47,257 nt of DNA from a virus (lineage: Duplodnaviria > Caudoviricetes), in IMG/VR virus record IMGVR_UViG_3300042199_000262, positions 1 to 47,257 of that record; one strand, given 5' to 3'. The notes below the pieces were generated by a model. The model was not told the origin of the DNA, did not search any database, and saw only the letters and a program-made list of their open reading frames with translations. Position 1 is the first letter of the stretch. The number at the start of each line of letters is the position of its first letter. Below are positions 34,985-44,757 of the stretch, in pieces. Made by a program: the position numbers and the translations under genes.

Positions 34985-35321
34985 CCTTGTGCCTCTTGTG
35001 CTTGACAGGAAGCAGGGTTTTCATTATCATTGGTAAATAATCTTCTGAGTATATGCCTTTGGAGCTTAAGCTAACCAAGTGTGGAACTTTGTTCGTGTTA
35101 TAGATAACAAAGCTATGAGGCATATAGAAGCTATCCACAATGTAAAGAGGTTTACCATTCTCTACATTACCATAAACTTCCTTTAGCTTTTCCACCAAGC
35201 GAATGCAGTGATCATCCCACAACGATATAAATAATACGTTGAAGTCGGACTGCTCCCGCTTATGGTTCTTAATTACCTTGTTTAAATCGTTTTCTTTTGA
35301 AAGAAAGTTTAGATTATACAT
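34977..35321 (-). CDS. Thioredoxin-like fold protein lacking CxxC
   Basis: VLFISLWDDHC...LYIVD...VPHLV. Confidence 0.55.
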   Translation of the reverse strand: MYNLNFLSKENDLNKVIKNHKREQSDFNVLFISLWDDHCIRLVEKLKEVYGNVENGKPLYIVDSFYMPHSFVIYNTNKVPHLVSLSSKGIYSEDYLPMIMKTLLPVKHKRHKAN

Positions 35322-35677
35322 CAGAGTGGCTTGTTAAGAATGCCCTCACCGTCTTGTAAACGAACACCACCATCCTCATCCTCAATTACAGTAATACCTG
35401 AGGATGCAAGCTCTTCCTTATTCTCAACAGCATACTTACGAACTAGTTCCGCAAGTTGCTTGTTAAGAGCCTCAACTCCCGTGAGGAAAATAGTCTTTAC
35501 GAAATCATCCATGCTCACCTCTTGAGGCTTGCACACATCCGCAAAGTTCTTAAATGCAGTCGCTTCGTCCTTTGAAAGTTTAACTTGAAGTTTCATTCTA
35601 TCTCTACTCCGTTCGTCAATACGAACTTTCCATTGGTTTATGTCTAACTTGATATTATTGGTTTGTTTAGAATCCAT
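35321..35677 (-). CDS. Hypothetical protein
   Basis: 118-aa ORF, TGATG coupling to the downstream gene. Confidence 0.7.
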   Translation of the reverse strand: MDSKQTNNIKLDINQWKVRIDERSRDRMKLQVKLSKDEATAFKNFADVCKPQEVSMDDFVKTIFLTGVEALNKQLAELVRKYAVENKEELASSGITVIEDEDGGVRLQDGEGILNKPL

Positions 35678-35680
35678 TGG

Positions 35681-35694
35681 ACTATTATAGTGTA
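35681..35694. promoter_or_regulatory. Second copy of ACTATTATAGTGTA between divergent genes
   Basis: TATAAT-6 nt-ATG on minus; TATAGT-5 nt-ATG on plus. Confidence 0.6.
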
Positions 35695-35696
35695 CT

Positions 35697-36209
35697 ATGG
35701 AAGATAATTACGATATTTCTAATCTTAAGAAAAAAAAGAAAATTAATAGCCGTACAAAGGGGTCATCTTTTGAACGAACCATCGCGGCTCAACTAAATGA
35801 TAGATTCAAAACTACAGAATTTTCAAGAACTCCTGGATCGGGTGCCTTCGCAAGCACTCACAAACTTCCAGATCACTTAAAGATTCATGGAGATTTGATC
35901 ACACCTAGAAACTTTAAATATTGTATCGAATGTAAAAAAGGATATAATAAAGAAAGTTTAAATAGCTTATTAAATAATAGCTCTGAGCTTTGGAATTTTA
36001 TTGAACAATGTCAAAAAGATTCTGACAAAGCTCACAAGTTACCATTAATAATTTTCAAGCAAGATAGACAACCAACTTTAGCTGTAGTCCCCTATGATGT
36101 AGGGTATAAATCTAATAACTACGTTGAATTACATAAACAAGATAGGTATTACAGAATGTATTTGTTTGATGAGATCTTAGCTGAATCAGATTCTATCTGG
36201 TTACTTTAA
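35697..36209 (+). CDS. Holliday junction resolvase-like PD-(D/E)XK nuclease
   Basis: NSRTKGSSFER, RTPGSGA, GDLI, IECKK, PLIIFKQDR. Confidence 0.85.
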   Translation: MEDNYDISNLKKKKKINSRTKGSSFERTIAAQLNDRFKTTEFSRTPGSGAFASTHKLPDHLKIHGDLITPRNFKYCIECKKGYNKESLNSLLNNSSELWNFIEQCQKDSDKAHKLPLIIFKQDRQPTLAVVPYDVGYKSNNYVELHKQDRYYRMYLFDEILAESDSIWLL

Positions 36210-38595
36210 GAAGTGTTTCTAGTAAATCCATCTGACCACGCATAAACTTGTATAAAGTTTCAGCATTAACTTCTTGAGGAACATTTTCTCTTTGAGTTAA
36301 TCTATTCATGGAAAGCATAGTAGCCTTAGAAATCTTAGTAACAAATTTAGTAGTTCTTCCTACCTCAGAATCATCTAAACCTTCAGTTTTTAAATTTAAT
36401 TGTCTAGGAGTCTCACCAGCTTTTGATGGTGTACTAAATTTTATACCTGCTTTAGTATAGTCTATACTTGCAGGATCGAAAGATCCACCTTTCATTGATT
36501 CAAATAATTCATTATAAACATCATTAGTTTTAAATGATATTAAATCACCACGTTCAGTTGCTAAGAATGTAACTGCATCATCTTTGGAATACCCAGTTAT
36601 TGCTGACATTCTTATCAATGTTTTAGATGCTAATAAAGCCGTAGCTTTATCTGATCCACTAGTTAATTCAGAGTATTTTTGTATTCTAAGTCTTCTGGAT
36701 AAATACTCAGCAATCCTCTGCCTATTCTCTTCATGTTCGTATTTTGCATCTATTGTTCCAGCTAACTCTGAATCTTCTATATCAAAAGGTAGCTTTTGTT
36801 TTAGAAGTTTTACAATATCCTTACATACTTTTTCAGCAGATTGAATCTTTAACTTGCCAGTAGCATCTTTGAATACTTGATCGTTTTGTAAACCTTGTAT
36901 TGTTTTTTGTATTGAATTTTCAATATCTGTAAATAATTTTTTACTTGCGTCAGATTCTGTTCTATCACTGAATAGTTTACTATCAATCTTTGGTAGTAAA
37001 TTTAATGATCCCTGAATTTGTCCAGTAAAATGACCAACCATTCTATGAGAACCTTTGATTTCACCAACATTACTATCATCTATCTTTTGTAAAAACTTTT
37101 GGCTGATTGAAACCTCGTATCTACCAGTCTCTGGATTAAGCACTGGAATAGCACCAGTCTTTTGTGCAAAAGCATTTGCCTTAGCTTGATCTGAGTATTG
37201 GAATACAACATCACCTTTAGTTCCTGTATCTGTATCTTCTCCACCAGTTGATATTTGTTTACCGATGTGACGAACCCCATCAGGTTTTGCTTCATTATAA
37301 ATTCTAATCATTGATTTACCAATGACTGATAGTAACCCTTTTATTGCTGTGCTATTACCAAATACCTCAGATAATTCTTTAGAAGCTTCACCAAATCCTG
37401 CCGAATCTAAATCAAGTGCTCCTGTCTCAATTCTCTCAGAGAAGAATTGAGCGGCTTTTAAATATTGTCTTCTTCTAGTAAATAAATAATCTAAGAACTT
37501 TTTACGACCAGCCTCTCTAGTTTCAGGATTTCTCATCTCTGAGATAAACATTAACGTATGCTCTGCTAGTTTACCTCTTAAATCATTTAAGAATTTTTCC
37601 TTAACTTGTCCTACTTTTACAATTTCTAAAGAAGCACCTTCACAGTTTTGTTGCATTCTTTGTATTGCAATTTTTTGTATAGGGTTTGCAGCAACAACAA
37701 CACCCTCATTTGTATTTCCACCAAAAAAAACTAATTTATTAGAATCTGATTTATCGTACATACCAACTCTGTATTTTATTGAGTTGCATTTTTCTTCAGA
37801 TATATTATCTTCTAAGAAAGACATTAGTAAATCATTAGATCTAGTTGCTTCATAAATTAACGCTGGACTCATAGGCTGTTCAGAGAAGTCTCCTTGATCG
37901 TTTAAGGATATAGAAGTTCCTCTGGTTAATTTATATTCAAAACTTCTGGTACTTAGTGGATTAGTGAATGCTTGTACATTTCTAGCTAATCTTTCTACGC
38001 TACCTCTACCACCAGTAGATGTAGCAACTTCAGCTTTGTACCACTCAGTCGCAGCCATCCCCTCAATATACCTAGCTGAGTTACTAATATTTTCTAAAGA
38101 TCCAGGACTGGCTCCAACCATAGTCAATCCATTTCCTGGAGTCTGTGCTTGTATAGCAGCAGCTTGAGCAGCCATTTGTTCCTCGGGAGTTTGTGGCTGT
38201 TCTTCTTGTTTTGTATCCTCAGGCTTTTCTTCAACACCCTTACCACTCATAGCATCAAGCAAAGTTTGAATTGCTTTATCTTGTGCATTCTTATCTAATG
38301 GTTCTTTTTTTGCATTAAGAGTAGCAATATTTCCTTGACCATCAAATATTGTAAAAGTTTTTGGTCCAATCTGAACACTTACGCTGTTATCTTTATTTTT
38401 TCTATATGTATATTTTTCTAGACCAGGATAATTTATATTTACATAACCACCACCAACTGGAGCCTGTAGTAATACTTGTTTTAATTGACTAAAGTTTGGA
38501 TCGCTATCAAATGCTTGTTCATTAATAAAAGTAATTTTAAATGTGCGCTTTTTTAGCTTCTTATAACTGTCTAGTAATTCTGAGAAGTAGTCCAT
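36193..38595 (-). CDS. Large hypothetical protein (800 aa), possibly virion-associated
   Basis: Long ORF next to tail genes; Q/E/P linker; KGDVVF...VSISQK motif. Confidence 0.75.
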   Translation of the reverse strand: MDYFSELLDSYKKLKKRTFKITFINEQAFDSDPNFSQLKQVLLQAPVGGGYVNINYPGLEKYTYRKNKDNSVSVQIGPKTFTIFDGQGNIATLNAKKEPLDKNAQDKAIQTLLDAMSGKGVEEKPEDTKQEEQPQTPEEQMAAQAAAIQAQTPGNGLTMVGASPGSLENISNSARYIEGMAATEWYKAEVATSTGGRGSVERLARNVQAFTNPLSTRSFEYKLTRGTSISLNDQGDFSEQPMSPALIYEATRSNDLLMSFLEDNISEEKCNSIKYRVGMYDKSDSNKLVFFGGNTNEGVVVAANPIQKIAIQRMQQNCEGASLEIVKVGQVKEKFLNDLRGKLAEHTLMFISEMRNPETREAGRKKFLDYLFTRRRQYLKAAQFFSERIETGALDLDSAGFGEASKELSEVFGNSTAIKGLLSVIGKSMIRIYNEAKPDGVRHIGKQISTGGEDTDTGTKGDVVFQYSDQAKANAFAQKTGAIPVLNPETGRYEVSISQKFLQKIDDSNVGEIKGSHRMVGHFTGQIQGSLNLLPKIDSKLFSDRTESDASKKLFTDIENSIQKTIQGLQNDQVFKDATGKLKIQSAEKVCKDIVKLLKQKLPFDIEDSELAGTIDAKYEHEENRQRIAEYLSRRLRIQKYSELTSGSDKATALLASKTLIRMSAITGYSKDDAVTFLATERGDLISFKTNDVYNELFESMKGGSFDPASIDYTKAGIKFSTPSKAGETPRQLNLKTEGLDDSEVGRTTKFVTKISKATMLSMNRLTQRENVPQEVNAETLYKFMRGQMDLLETLLKVTR

Positions 38596-38618
38596 GATAC
38601 ATTATAGATAAGAAGAAT

Positions 38619-38649
38619 AGCCCAACCCGCATTTAATACAGGCTGGGCT
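38619..38649 (-). terminator. Probable terminator after the tail tube gene
   Basis: Minus strand AGCCCAGCC...GGTTGGGCT followed by ATTCTTCTT. Confidence 0.6.
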
Positions 38650-38671
38650 TTAGTTCACATTACAAACTTAA

Positions 38672-39268
38672 CTAGGATGGATTGCTATAGTTGTAAACAT
38701 TCATGAAATCATACTTGAACATTACAGTTAAGGTGTGGAACTGGTTAGTTGCATAGTTAAACTCGGATGCAGTCCATGATGTAGGATAAACACCATAAAG
38801 TTCTATAACTGAGTGAGGTTGTAGTGTATTGTCTAACATAACAATCTCAGCAACTTCAGCCTTAAATGTGTTTCCAAAACCACCACCTGGTTGTGAACTC
38901 TTAGTCATTTCACCAGTTAGTGGATCATAAGTATGACGGAAGAATCTAAATAGATCAGCCGCAGTCTCTCTTAGATAAAGGTTATCAAATTCCACTGAAA
39001 GATCTTGTGGCGTAGTTTTTCCAGGATAGTGAAGCTTATCATTTACTCTGTCTACAACAATCGCTTCATTCTTTAATTCCATACCACTAATCTTCTTAGC
39101 AGCTAGAGTTAAATCTTGCACGTTTGTTATATCGGCAGGAAGACCTTTGAAGTGTATTTCAAATTGATAAGCTCTTACCGAATCAAGGTCTGTTGATACT
39201 GTAGGAAGCCCTTGGCCTGGAGTAAATTGTCTACCGTACTTTTGTTTATAATAAGATGTAATTGCCAT
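38672..39268 (-). CDS. Tail tube protein (gp19-like)
   Basis: RAYQFEIHF, YPGK, LYGVYP, F.YD; directly downstream of the sheath gene. Confidence 0.85.
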   Translation of the reverse strand: MAITSYYKQKYGRQFTPGQGLPTVSTDLDSVRAYQFEIHFKGLPADITNVQDLTLAAKKISGMELKNEAIVVDRVNDKLHYPGKTTPQDLSVEFDNLYLRETAADLFRFFRHTYDPLTGEMTKSSQPGGGFGNTFKAEVAEIVMLDNTLQPHSVIELYGVYPTSWTASEFNYATNQFHTLTVMFKYDFMNVYNYSNPS

Positions 39269-39277
39269 ATATTATCC

Positions 39278-41482
39278 TTATAGTGTACCTAACTGAGCCG
39301 ATTGATTAGTTAGGTTAATTTCAAAGATGATGACCTCGGCAGTCTTTGTGGGCTTAATAAGAACCTTAGTCCACATCTCATTTCTATCAACTCTTACAGG
39401 AGTGTTAACTGTTTCATCACAGACAACTCGGAATTCTGTGATACCTCTTCTTCTACGAATATCATCTAGGAAGGGGTTGATGGCTGCTTCTACTTGTGCC
39501 CAAGTAAACTCATCGTTAGGTTCAAAGATAAATCTTTGAGCAGCTTGTAGAATAACTTTTCTTACATAAATCATTAATCTACGAACATTGATTCTGTCCA
39601 AAGCACTAGCAGTTCTTTGAGCAGTTCGTTGACCGAAGATTGTTATACCTTGTTGAGCGAAGGATACTATTGGGTTAACTATGTTTCCACCACTGTATAG
39701 ACTATCTCTATCTCCCTGATTAAGTTTAACTTCAACCTCTGTTGGTTTTGTTAATCTACCTCTAGTGAATCCAGCGGGTGCAAACCAAGTTTCTGATACT
39801 GCATCTGTATAAGCCATTTGACGAGCACCAAAGATTGCAGGATCATACCAACGATCTTTACCATCAAATGTTGAGAATACCTTTACCCAAGGCCAATATA
39901 CAGCAGCATAAGAGCTGCTTATTGGTGCTGTTCTTGAGTTTGCAGTAGTAGAAGACCTACCGTTAGTCCAATCAATCGCATTTTGAACACTTCCAACACC
40001 GTAAGGTGGAGATAAAAGTGCTAAGAAGTTTTGAGTGGTTTCTGCTAAAGTAACTAAGGCATTTTGAACGGACTGGGTATGAATACCAGGTACTAAAGCG
40101 ATTCCTACGTTTAAAGTAGGATCGTCTAATGCTTGCATACCAGTCTTGGTATCCCCTGTTGATGTTCCGATAAGAGCATCAGCAGCAGTAGCAGTAGCAT
40201 CACCGTTAGTTCCACCTGCCATACTTACTGTACCTTGAATTAGTTTAATAAATCTACCACCAGCAGTATTAGGTGTTAAGGTTACTAGTGTTGTGCTAGT
40301 AGCATTAGGGCTTAATACAGGATCAAGTGTTCTATAAGAAGCAGTAAATGTTCCTGCTCCAACTAAATCAGATAGTAATTTAGCAAAGTTTGTAAGTCTT
40401 GATACTGATGCATCAGAACCACCCTTAACTAAGTTACCCTTAATAATTTGTGATGTAGTATTTGTTGATCCAGTGTTAATCATATCCTCTATGAAAACTC
40501 CAGATCCGACAAAGCTAACTTTAAAGGTTTCTTTTGCAACGCCATCTTCATTAATATCTACTATGAAGTTTTGGGAACCTAGCTCACTAATTGTTACTGA
40601 GTTTCCACTAGCAGTACCAAATGTAGTTGTACCAGCGTTATAACCAGCTCCTGGATATAAACTTTCAATTAAATAACCAACACTATTTGTTCCCGTAGTT
40701 TGGAACGTAGCTCCAAAAACTTTAACAGCGGAAGCAAATAATGAAGAAGCTCCAAAACTGCTATTTAAACCACTTACGGGGTTAATTATTTTTAATGCAG
40801 ATACTCCGTTAGCTTCACTAAAAGTTGTTCCTGTACAAGCAGAAACTCCCATGTATGCACCAGATCCAGCGAAGCATCCTACGATAGCTCCAGATAGTCC
40901 TAATCCAGTTGCGCTATCTCCAATAGGAGAACCATCATCAAAAACTCCAACTAAATCAGAATCTAATCCACCACCAATTATTGATCTTAAAGCAGCAGCT
41001 TGTGATAACCCAGTTCCTGTTGGAATTGCAAAATCTTTTCCAGCCCCGTTATTTTGTGTAAATTGAGCTACACCATTATTATCATAAACTTGAATTCTTA
41101 AAGTTAATGGTCTACCTACTCCGAATCCAGAGTTTATTTCAGAGATTGAAGATACACCAGAAACTAGTACAGCAGGACAGACTCCTAGAGGTATAGTGGC
41201 TGAGGCATTTAATGAAGTGCCTCCGACTGCTCTAATAAAATATAAAGAATTTGTTTGTTCTAATATCTCTAAAGCACCTTCAAGACCTTGACCTAAAATG
41301 TTTTCAGAAGGAGGTCCGAATGTATCAATTAGGTTATTTTGGCTAGTTATTAATGTAGCCTTATTTGTAGGTCCTTTAGAAGCAAAACCTACTATACCTA
41401 CTATAGAAGTATTTACCGAAGGGGTGTATTCGGAAATATTTTTTTCAATGGTGTAAACACCTGGGCTAACGTAATTTGGCAT
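39278..41482 (-). CDS. Tail sheath protein (gp18-like)
   Basis: SPGVYTIE, SYAAVYWPWVK, WFAPAGFTRG, VNPI, FGQRT, DRINVRRL, FEPND. Confidence 0.96.
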   Translation of the reverse strand: MPNYVSPGVYTIEKNISEYTPSVNTSIVGIVGFASKGPTNKATLITSQNNLIDTFGPPSENILGQGLEGALEILEQTNSLYFIRAVGGTSLNASATIPLGVCPAVLVSGVSSISEINSGFGVGRPLTLRIQVYDNNGVAQFTQNNGAGKDFAIPTGTGLSQAAALRSIIGGGLDSDLVGVFDDGSPIGDSATGLGLSGAIVGCFAGSGAYMGVSACTGTTFSEANGVSALKIINPVSGLNSSFGASSLFASAVKVFGATFQTTGTNSVGYLIESLYPGAGYNAGTTTFGTASGNSVTISELGSQNFIVDINEDGVAKETFKVSFVGSGVFIEDMINTGSTNTTSQIIKGNLVKGGSDASVSRLTNFAKLLSDLVGAGTFTASYRTLDPVLSPNATSTTLVTLTPNTAGGRFIKLIQGTVSMAGGTNGDATATAADALIGTSTGDTKTGMQALDDPTLNVGIALVPGIHTQSVQNALVTLAETTQNFLALLSPPYGVGSVQNAIDWTNGRSSTTANSRTAPISSSYAAVYWPWVKVFSTFDGKDRWYDPAIFGARQMAYTDAVSETWFAPAGFTRGRLTKPTEVEVKLNQGDRDSLYSGGNIVNPIVSFAQQGITIFGQRTAQRTASALDRINVRRLMIYVRKVILQAAQRFIFEPNDEFTWAQVEAAINPFLDDIRRRRGITEFRVVCDETVNTPVRVDRNEMWTKVLIKPTKTAEVIIFEINLTNQSAQLGTL

Positions 41483-41492
41483 TTAGAGTCTC

Positions 41493-41669
41493 CTATGCAT
41501 TGGATATTTTAAATATGCGTCTTCTAAATAAATTCTCAATCTGTTCTGTAATGTAGCTCTCTGGAACTACAATTGATTCACCTGGTTTTAAGTATTTTTC
41601 CAAACAACCCTTTTCGGTATTAAAATAAACCGCAAAGGTTTGAAGGCTATCATTTTTAACTACTTTCAT
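41493..41669 (-). CDS. Small hypothetical protein (58 aa, not in the ORF track)
   Basis: Hand translation MKVVKNDSLQTFAVYF...LKPGESIVVP...ISNA*; AAGGA SD. Confidence 0.65.
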   Translation of the reverse strand: MKVVKNDSLQTFAVYFNTEKGCLEKYLKPGESIVVPESYITEQIENLFRRRIFKISNA

Positions 41670-41722
41670 AACTATTCCTTTATCTGTATGTACTATACTA
41701 AGAATTATTTTTTGAGAAAAAA

Positions 41723-41992
41723 TTATGGAGATGAATAAACTCTAGATTGTGCTGTTAAAGTGGTTGCTGCTGCATGAGGATTGTCCCCATGTGGGCTTAT
41801 TGTATTTCCTATTAAAACTATAGGAACATTCTCAATAGTAACTCTAGAAGGTGTGGGCACTATTTTTCCTGCGCCAGCAAAATCCAAACCACCCCTACAA
41901 ACTCCAAGGTTATTACCTATGAAAACCCGAGTGCTACCAGTCTGAGGATCCCCACAACTAGCAGGACCTACAGTAGAAACTAGTATCATCAT
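41723..41992 (-). CDS. PAAR-like spike tip protein (gp5.4-like)
   Basis: Twofold internal repeat (GSTRVFIG / PSRVTIENVPIVLIG) with C and H..H ligands. Confidence 0.65.
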   Translation of the reverse strand: MMILVSTVGPASCGDPQTGSTRVFIGNNLGVCRGGLDFAGAGKIVPTPSRVTIENVPIVLIGNTISPHGDNPHAAATTLTAQSRVYSSP

Positions 41993-42726
41993 ACTTTTGT
42001 ATCAACCTTTATTTCTTCAATCTGACCAGTAGATGTAACTAAGAATCTAGGACTTGGGATATAAGTTCTTAAAACTACGTTTAAAGTTTTTTGTAAAACT
42101 CTATCTTCTTTATCATTAGCAATCATGGATCCTACCGATTCTTCTTCTGTTATAAAAGCTTTAGCTAATGTAGAAAATGGAGTAGGCACGTTCATCTCTG
42201 GATTAAACTTTAATCTAACCTGTTCTAATATTTGATCCATATCAGACATATACTTTGTCCATATGTTTATTTGATATCTAATATTAACTGGTCTTGGAGA
42301 TAGACTTAATATTCTAATGGCTCTATTTTTTTCTGAGTCCCAATATTTCTCATGAACAAGAACACTTTCATATCTTCTACGAGTATCATCGTTTTCTGAT
42401 ATGGTTTGAGATATAGAAATTATTGGTAGAATTATATTGTTTTCTTGATTAAGTTTTGCTATTGTTCTTTCTGCATTTCCATGAATACATTTAACACTAG
42501 TAAACTTATCATCAGATGTAAAATATCCAACATCATTAAAAGAAGCAATCATTGATCTCAAGCATTCTTTGTAAACAAACGATACGTTATGTTTAGCTTG
42601 AGTCATTTTGAATATTCTTTTTCTTACATCGGTTTCTCTGGTAGGATACTTATCTCCTCTGCTAGTAAAAGCAGAGGAGTCCCATGATGTAGATAAATCA
42701 TCAGAATTATAATTAGCTCTGATCAT
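41989..42726 (-). CDS. Tail terminator / completion protein (gp15-like)
   Basis: LPIISI, D..RR, P.PVNIRYQINIW...DMDQILEQ. Confidence 0.75.
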   Translation of the reverse strand: MIRANYNSDDLSTSWDSSAFTSRGDKYPTRETDVRKRIFKMTQAKHNVSFVYKECLRSMIASFNDVGYFTSDDKFTSVKCIHGNAERTIAKLNQENNIILPIISISQTISENDDTRRRYESVLVHEKYWDSEKNRAIRILSLSPRPVNIRYQINIWTKYMSDMDQILEQVRLKFNPEMNVPTPFSTLAKAFITEEESVGSMIANDKEDRVLQKTLNVVLRTYIPSPRFLVTSTGQIEEIKVDTKV

Positions 42727-43294
42727 TGTCTATTCCAGCGTAACCACCTAATTCATCACTAACTTTTGTTAATGGTGTATCCTGAATCTCAGAGTTATCT
42801 CTTAGAAGTTTAGCAGAACATACTAAGTGATAAACTCCATATGCTTCAAAACTATCTTCTACAACCTGATATATTTCATACTTTTGATTTTGAAAGAATG
42901 GCTTAATAATATCACCAGGAATTACTGAACGACCGATTTTTCTTTCAATGTAACTCTTATTAAAAGTAAACATTTGATCGTTAGTAAGTTGAATTCCAAA
43001 CTGAGTTAACTCTTCTCCTAAAGAAATAGGATCATAGTGTCCATGAACTACTATAGGAATTTTAGCAATAGGTTTTGTTCTAGATTCCATATAGACAGGA
43101 TCATATTCATCAGTTTGATAATATTTATAAAAATAGAACTTGCTACCAGCCAAACGAATCAACTCGTCATCAACTAAATTGAATAAGTTAATGTCTGGGT
43201 TTTCTTGATCAAACATATTCAGAAGGCTTTCGCCATCTGACACATCTGGTAGCTGAGGTAACTTTGTAGTTACTTTATAGTTCTTTTTTGCCAA
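42713..43294 (-). CDS. Neck protein (gp14-like)
   Basis: DPVYME, LTQFGIQ, PGDII, YEIYQV; TTG start; synteny. Confidence 0.75.
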   Translation of the reverse strand: MAKKNYKVTTKLPQLPDVSDGESLLNMFDQENPDINLFNLVDDELIRLAGSKFYFYKYYQTDEYDPVYMESRTKPIAKIPIVVHGHYDPISLGEELTQFGIQLTNDQMFTFNKSYIERKIGRSVIPGDIIKPFFQNQKYEIYQVVEDSFEAYGVYHLVCSAKLLRDNSEIQDTPLTKVSDELGGYAGIDNDQS

Positions 43295-43297
43295 TTA

Positions 43298-43612
43298 TTA
43301 TTTTCCTTTATACATTCCTGCTCCAACTTGTTTAGCCGTAGGCATTTCTTTTGGTAAAACATCAGTTGGTTTTGATTTTTTTGGTTTTGGGTTTTTTTGT
43401 TCTGCAACTATACCTAGAGCCTCTGCTAAGTGAATACCCATTTGATGATATACACTCCATTCCTTTTGTAATTTCTTCTTCTTGGCTTTCTTCTTCATGG
43501 CTTCCTTCTTACCTTTCATTTTACCTTTCATACCCTTTAAACGTCCGGCAATAACGTCACCTCTAGTAACTTTATCATATGGTGGATATAACGCTGCTAA
43601 ATCTTTTTTCAT
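43298..43612 (-). CDS. Small highly basic protein
   Basis: 104 aa, Lys-rich, contains DKVTRGDVIAG. Confidence 0.65.
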   Translation of the reverse strand: MKKDLAALYPPYDKVTRGDVIAGRLKGMKGKMKGKKEAMKKKAKKKKLQKEWSVYHQMGIHLAEALGIVAEQKNPKPKKSKPTDVLPKEMPTAKQVGAGMYKGK

Positions 43613-43621
43613 AATAATCCT

Positions 43622-44494
43622 TTAGAATAATGTGAACACTGGTGGTTCTTCAATTTCAAGTAGAAGCTCTTCTTTGAGCTTTTCTTTCTCCATCTGGCTT
43701 GATTGTAATAAATCTCTACCATTTAATGTTGCTCCACCACCAGGAGATGGAAGTGAAGAATATTTTCCTCTTATTTCACCAAGGATTCCCTTGGCAACAG
43801 CAAGAGCAAATCTTTGAATCCAGTTTTTATAATAGGGATGCATCGTAGCAGTATCTAATGCACGATAAACTAGTATTACAGTTTCACCATCTACGGCAGG
43901 TGCTGGATACAACTGTAAAACATTACCATTTATTATATCCCAAGAACCTTCTTGGCTTAATACTTTTCTAATCATCTCTAAATTCATCTGCATTAGATAA
44001 AAATCAGAGACGTTAAAGTTAGACATCAAGAAGTTATCTTGAAAGTACTTAATAAAGAAATCAAACTCAAGAGTCCCAGCCATGTTCTGGAAACTAAGTA
44101 AAGATTTCTTATAAACGCAATAGGTTAAATTATAAGCAATATGCGTAGGAATCATATACATATTAACATCAGCAATCGCATTAAATGCAGCCATTTGTGT
44201 CGTCCAAAATGGAGCATGATAATCTAGATTGGTGATAGCTTCATCTATCGCAGTCTTAATTTGAAAGTCTGTTAATTCAACTCTTACAACGGGATGACCT
44301 AAGCGAGCTAATATAAAATCTTTTATAGTCTTCTCAAAGAGAGTTAACTCAACACCCTCGTCAAATGTGCCAGTATTTAGTTTAGAAGAATCTATGGCTG
44401 TAGAATATATGTCTGTATCTCCAAGATACTTACCAGCATAAGTACCAAAGGTATCTCCATAATAAAGTAACACAGGATCTACTTTTACTACCAT
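43622..44494 (-). CDS. Neck protein (gp13-like)
   Basis: LGHPVVRVEL...Q...AIDEA, WIQRFALA..K..LG.IRGKY, PGG..TLNG. Confidence 0.88.
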   Translation of the reverse strand: MVVKVDPVLLYYGDTFGTYAGKYLGDTDIYSTAIDSSKLNTGTFDEGVELTLFEKTIKDFILARLGHPVVRVELTDFQIKTAIDEAITNLDYHAPFWTTQMAAFNAIADVNMYMIPTHIAYNLTYCVYKKSLLSFQNMAGTLEFDFFIKYFQDNFLMSNFNVSDFYLMQMNLEMIRKVLSQEGSWDIINGNVLQLYPAPAVDGETVILVYRALDTATMHPYYKNWIQRFALAVAKGILGEIRGKYSSLPSPGGGATLNGRDLLQSSQMEKEKLKEELLLEIEEPPVFTLF

Positions 44495-44495
44495 A

Positions 44496-44675
44496 TTACT
44501 CTTTTACTTTCTTATTACTTTTGGGTTCTTCTAATTTAGGTTCTTCGATTAGCTCTAAGTATCTAGAATTTATTAAAATCTTAGACTCAAATAATTCAGA
44601 TGGTCTTATCTCTACTACCTCTCCGTCTATGTGGAGAAGCATATTCCATCTGCATTTGCTTCTATATTTATACAT
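44496..44675 (-). CDS. Small hypothetical protein (59 aa, not in the ORF track)
   Basis: Hand translation MYKYRSKCRWNMLLHIDGEVVEIRPSELF...KVKE*; AAGGA SD. Confidence 0.6.
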   Translation of the reverse strand: MYKYRSKCRWNMLLHIDGEVVEIRPSELFESKILINSRYLELIEEPKLEEPKSNKKVKE

Positions 44676-44703
44676 AATCCTTATAGTTATATAGGAAAGA
44701 TAA

Positions 44704-44735
44704 GGGGCCAGAGGACAAAAAATCCTCTGGCCCTT
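44704..44735. terminator. Strong hairpin terminator after the major capsid gene
   Basis: GGGCCAGAGGA/TCCTCTGGCCC 11-bp stem with T-rich flanks on both strands. Confidence 0.8.
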
Positions 44736-44757
44736 TTAATTAGTACCTATTCAGTTA

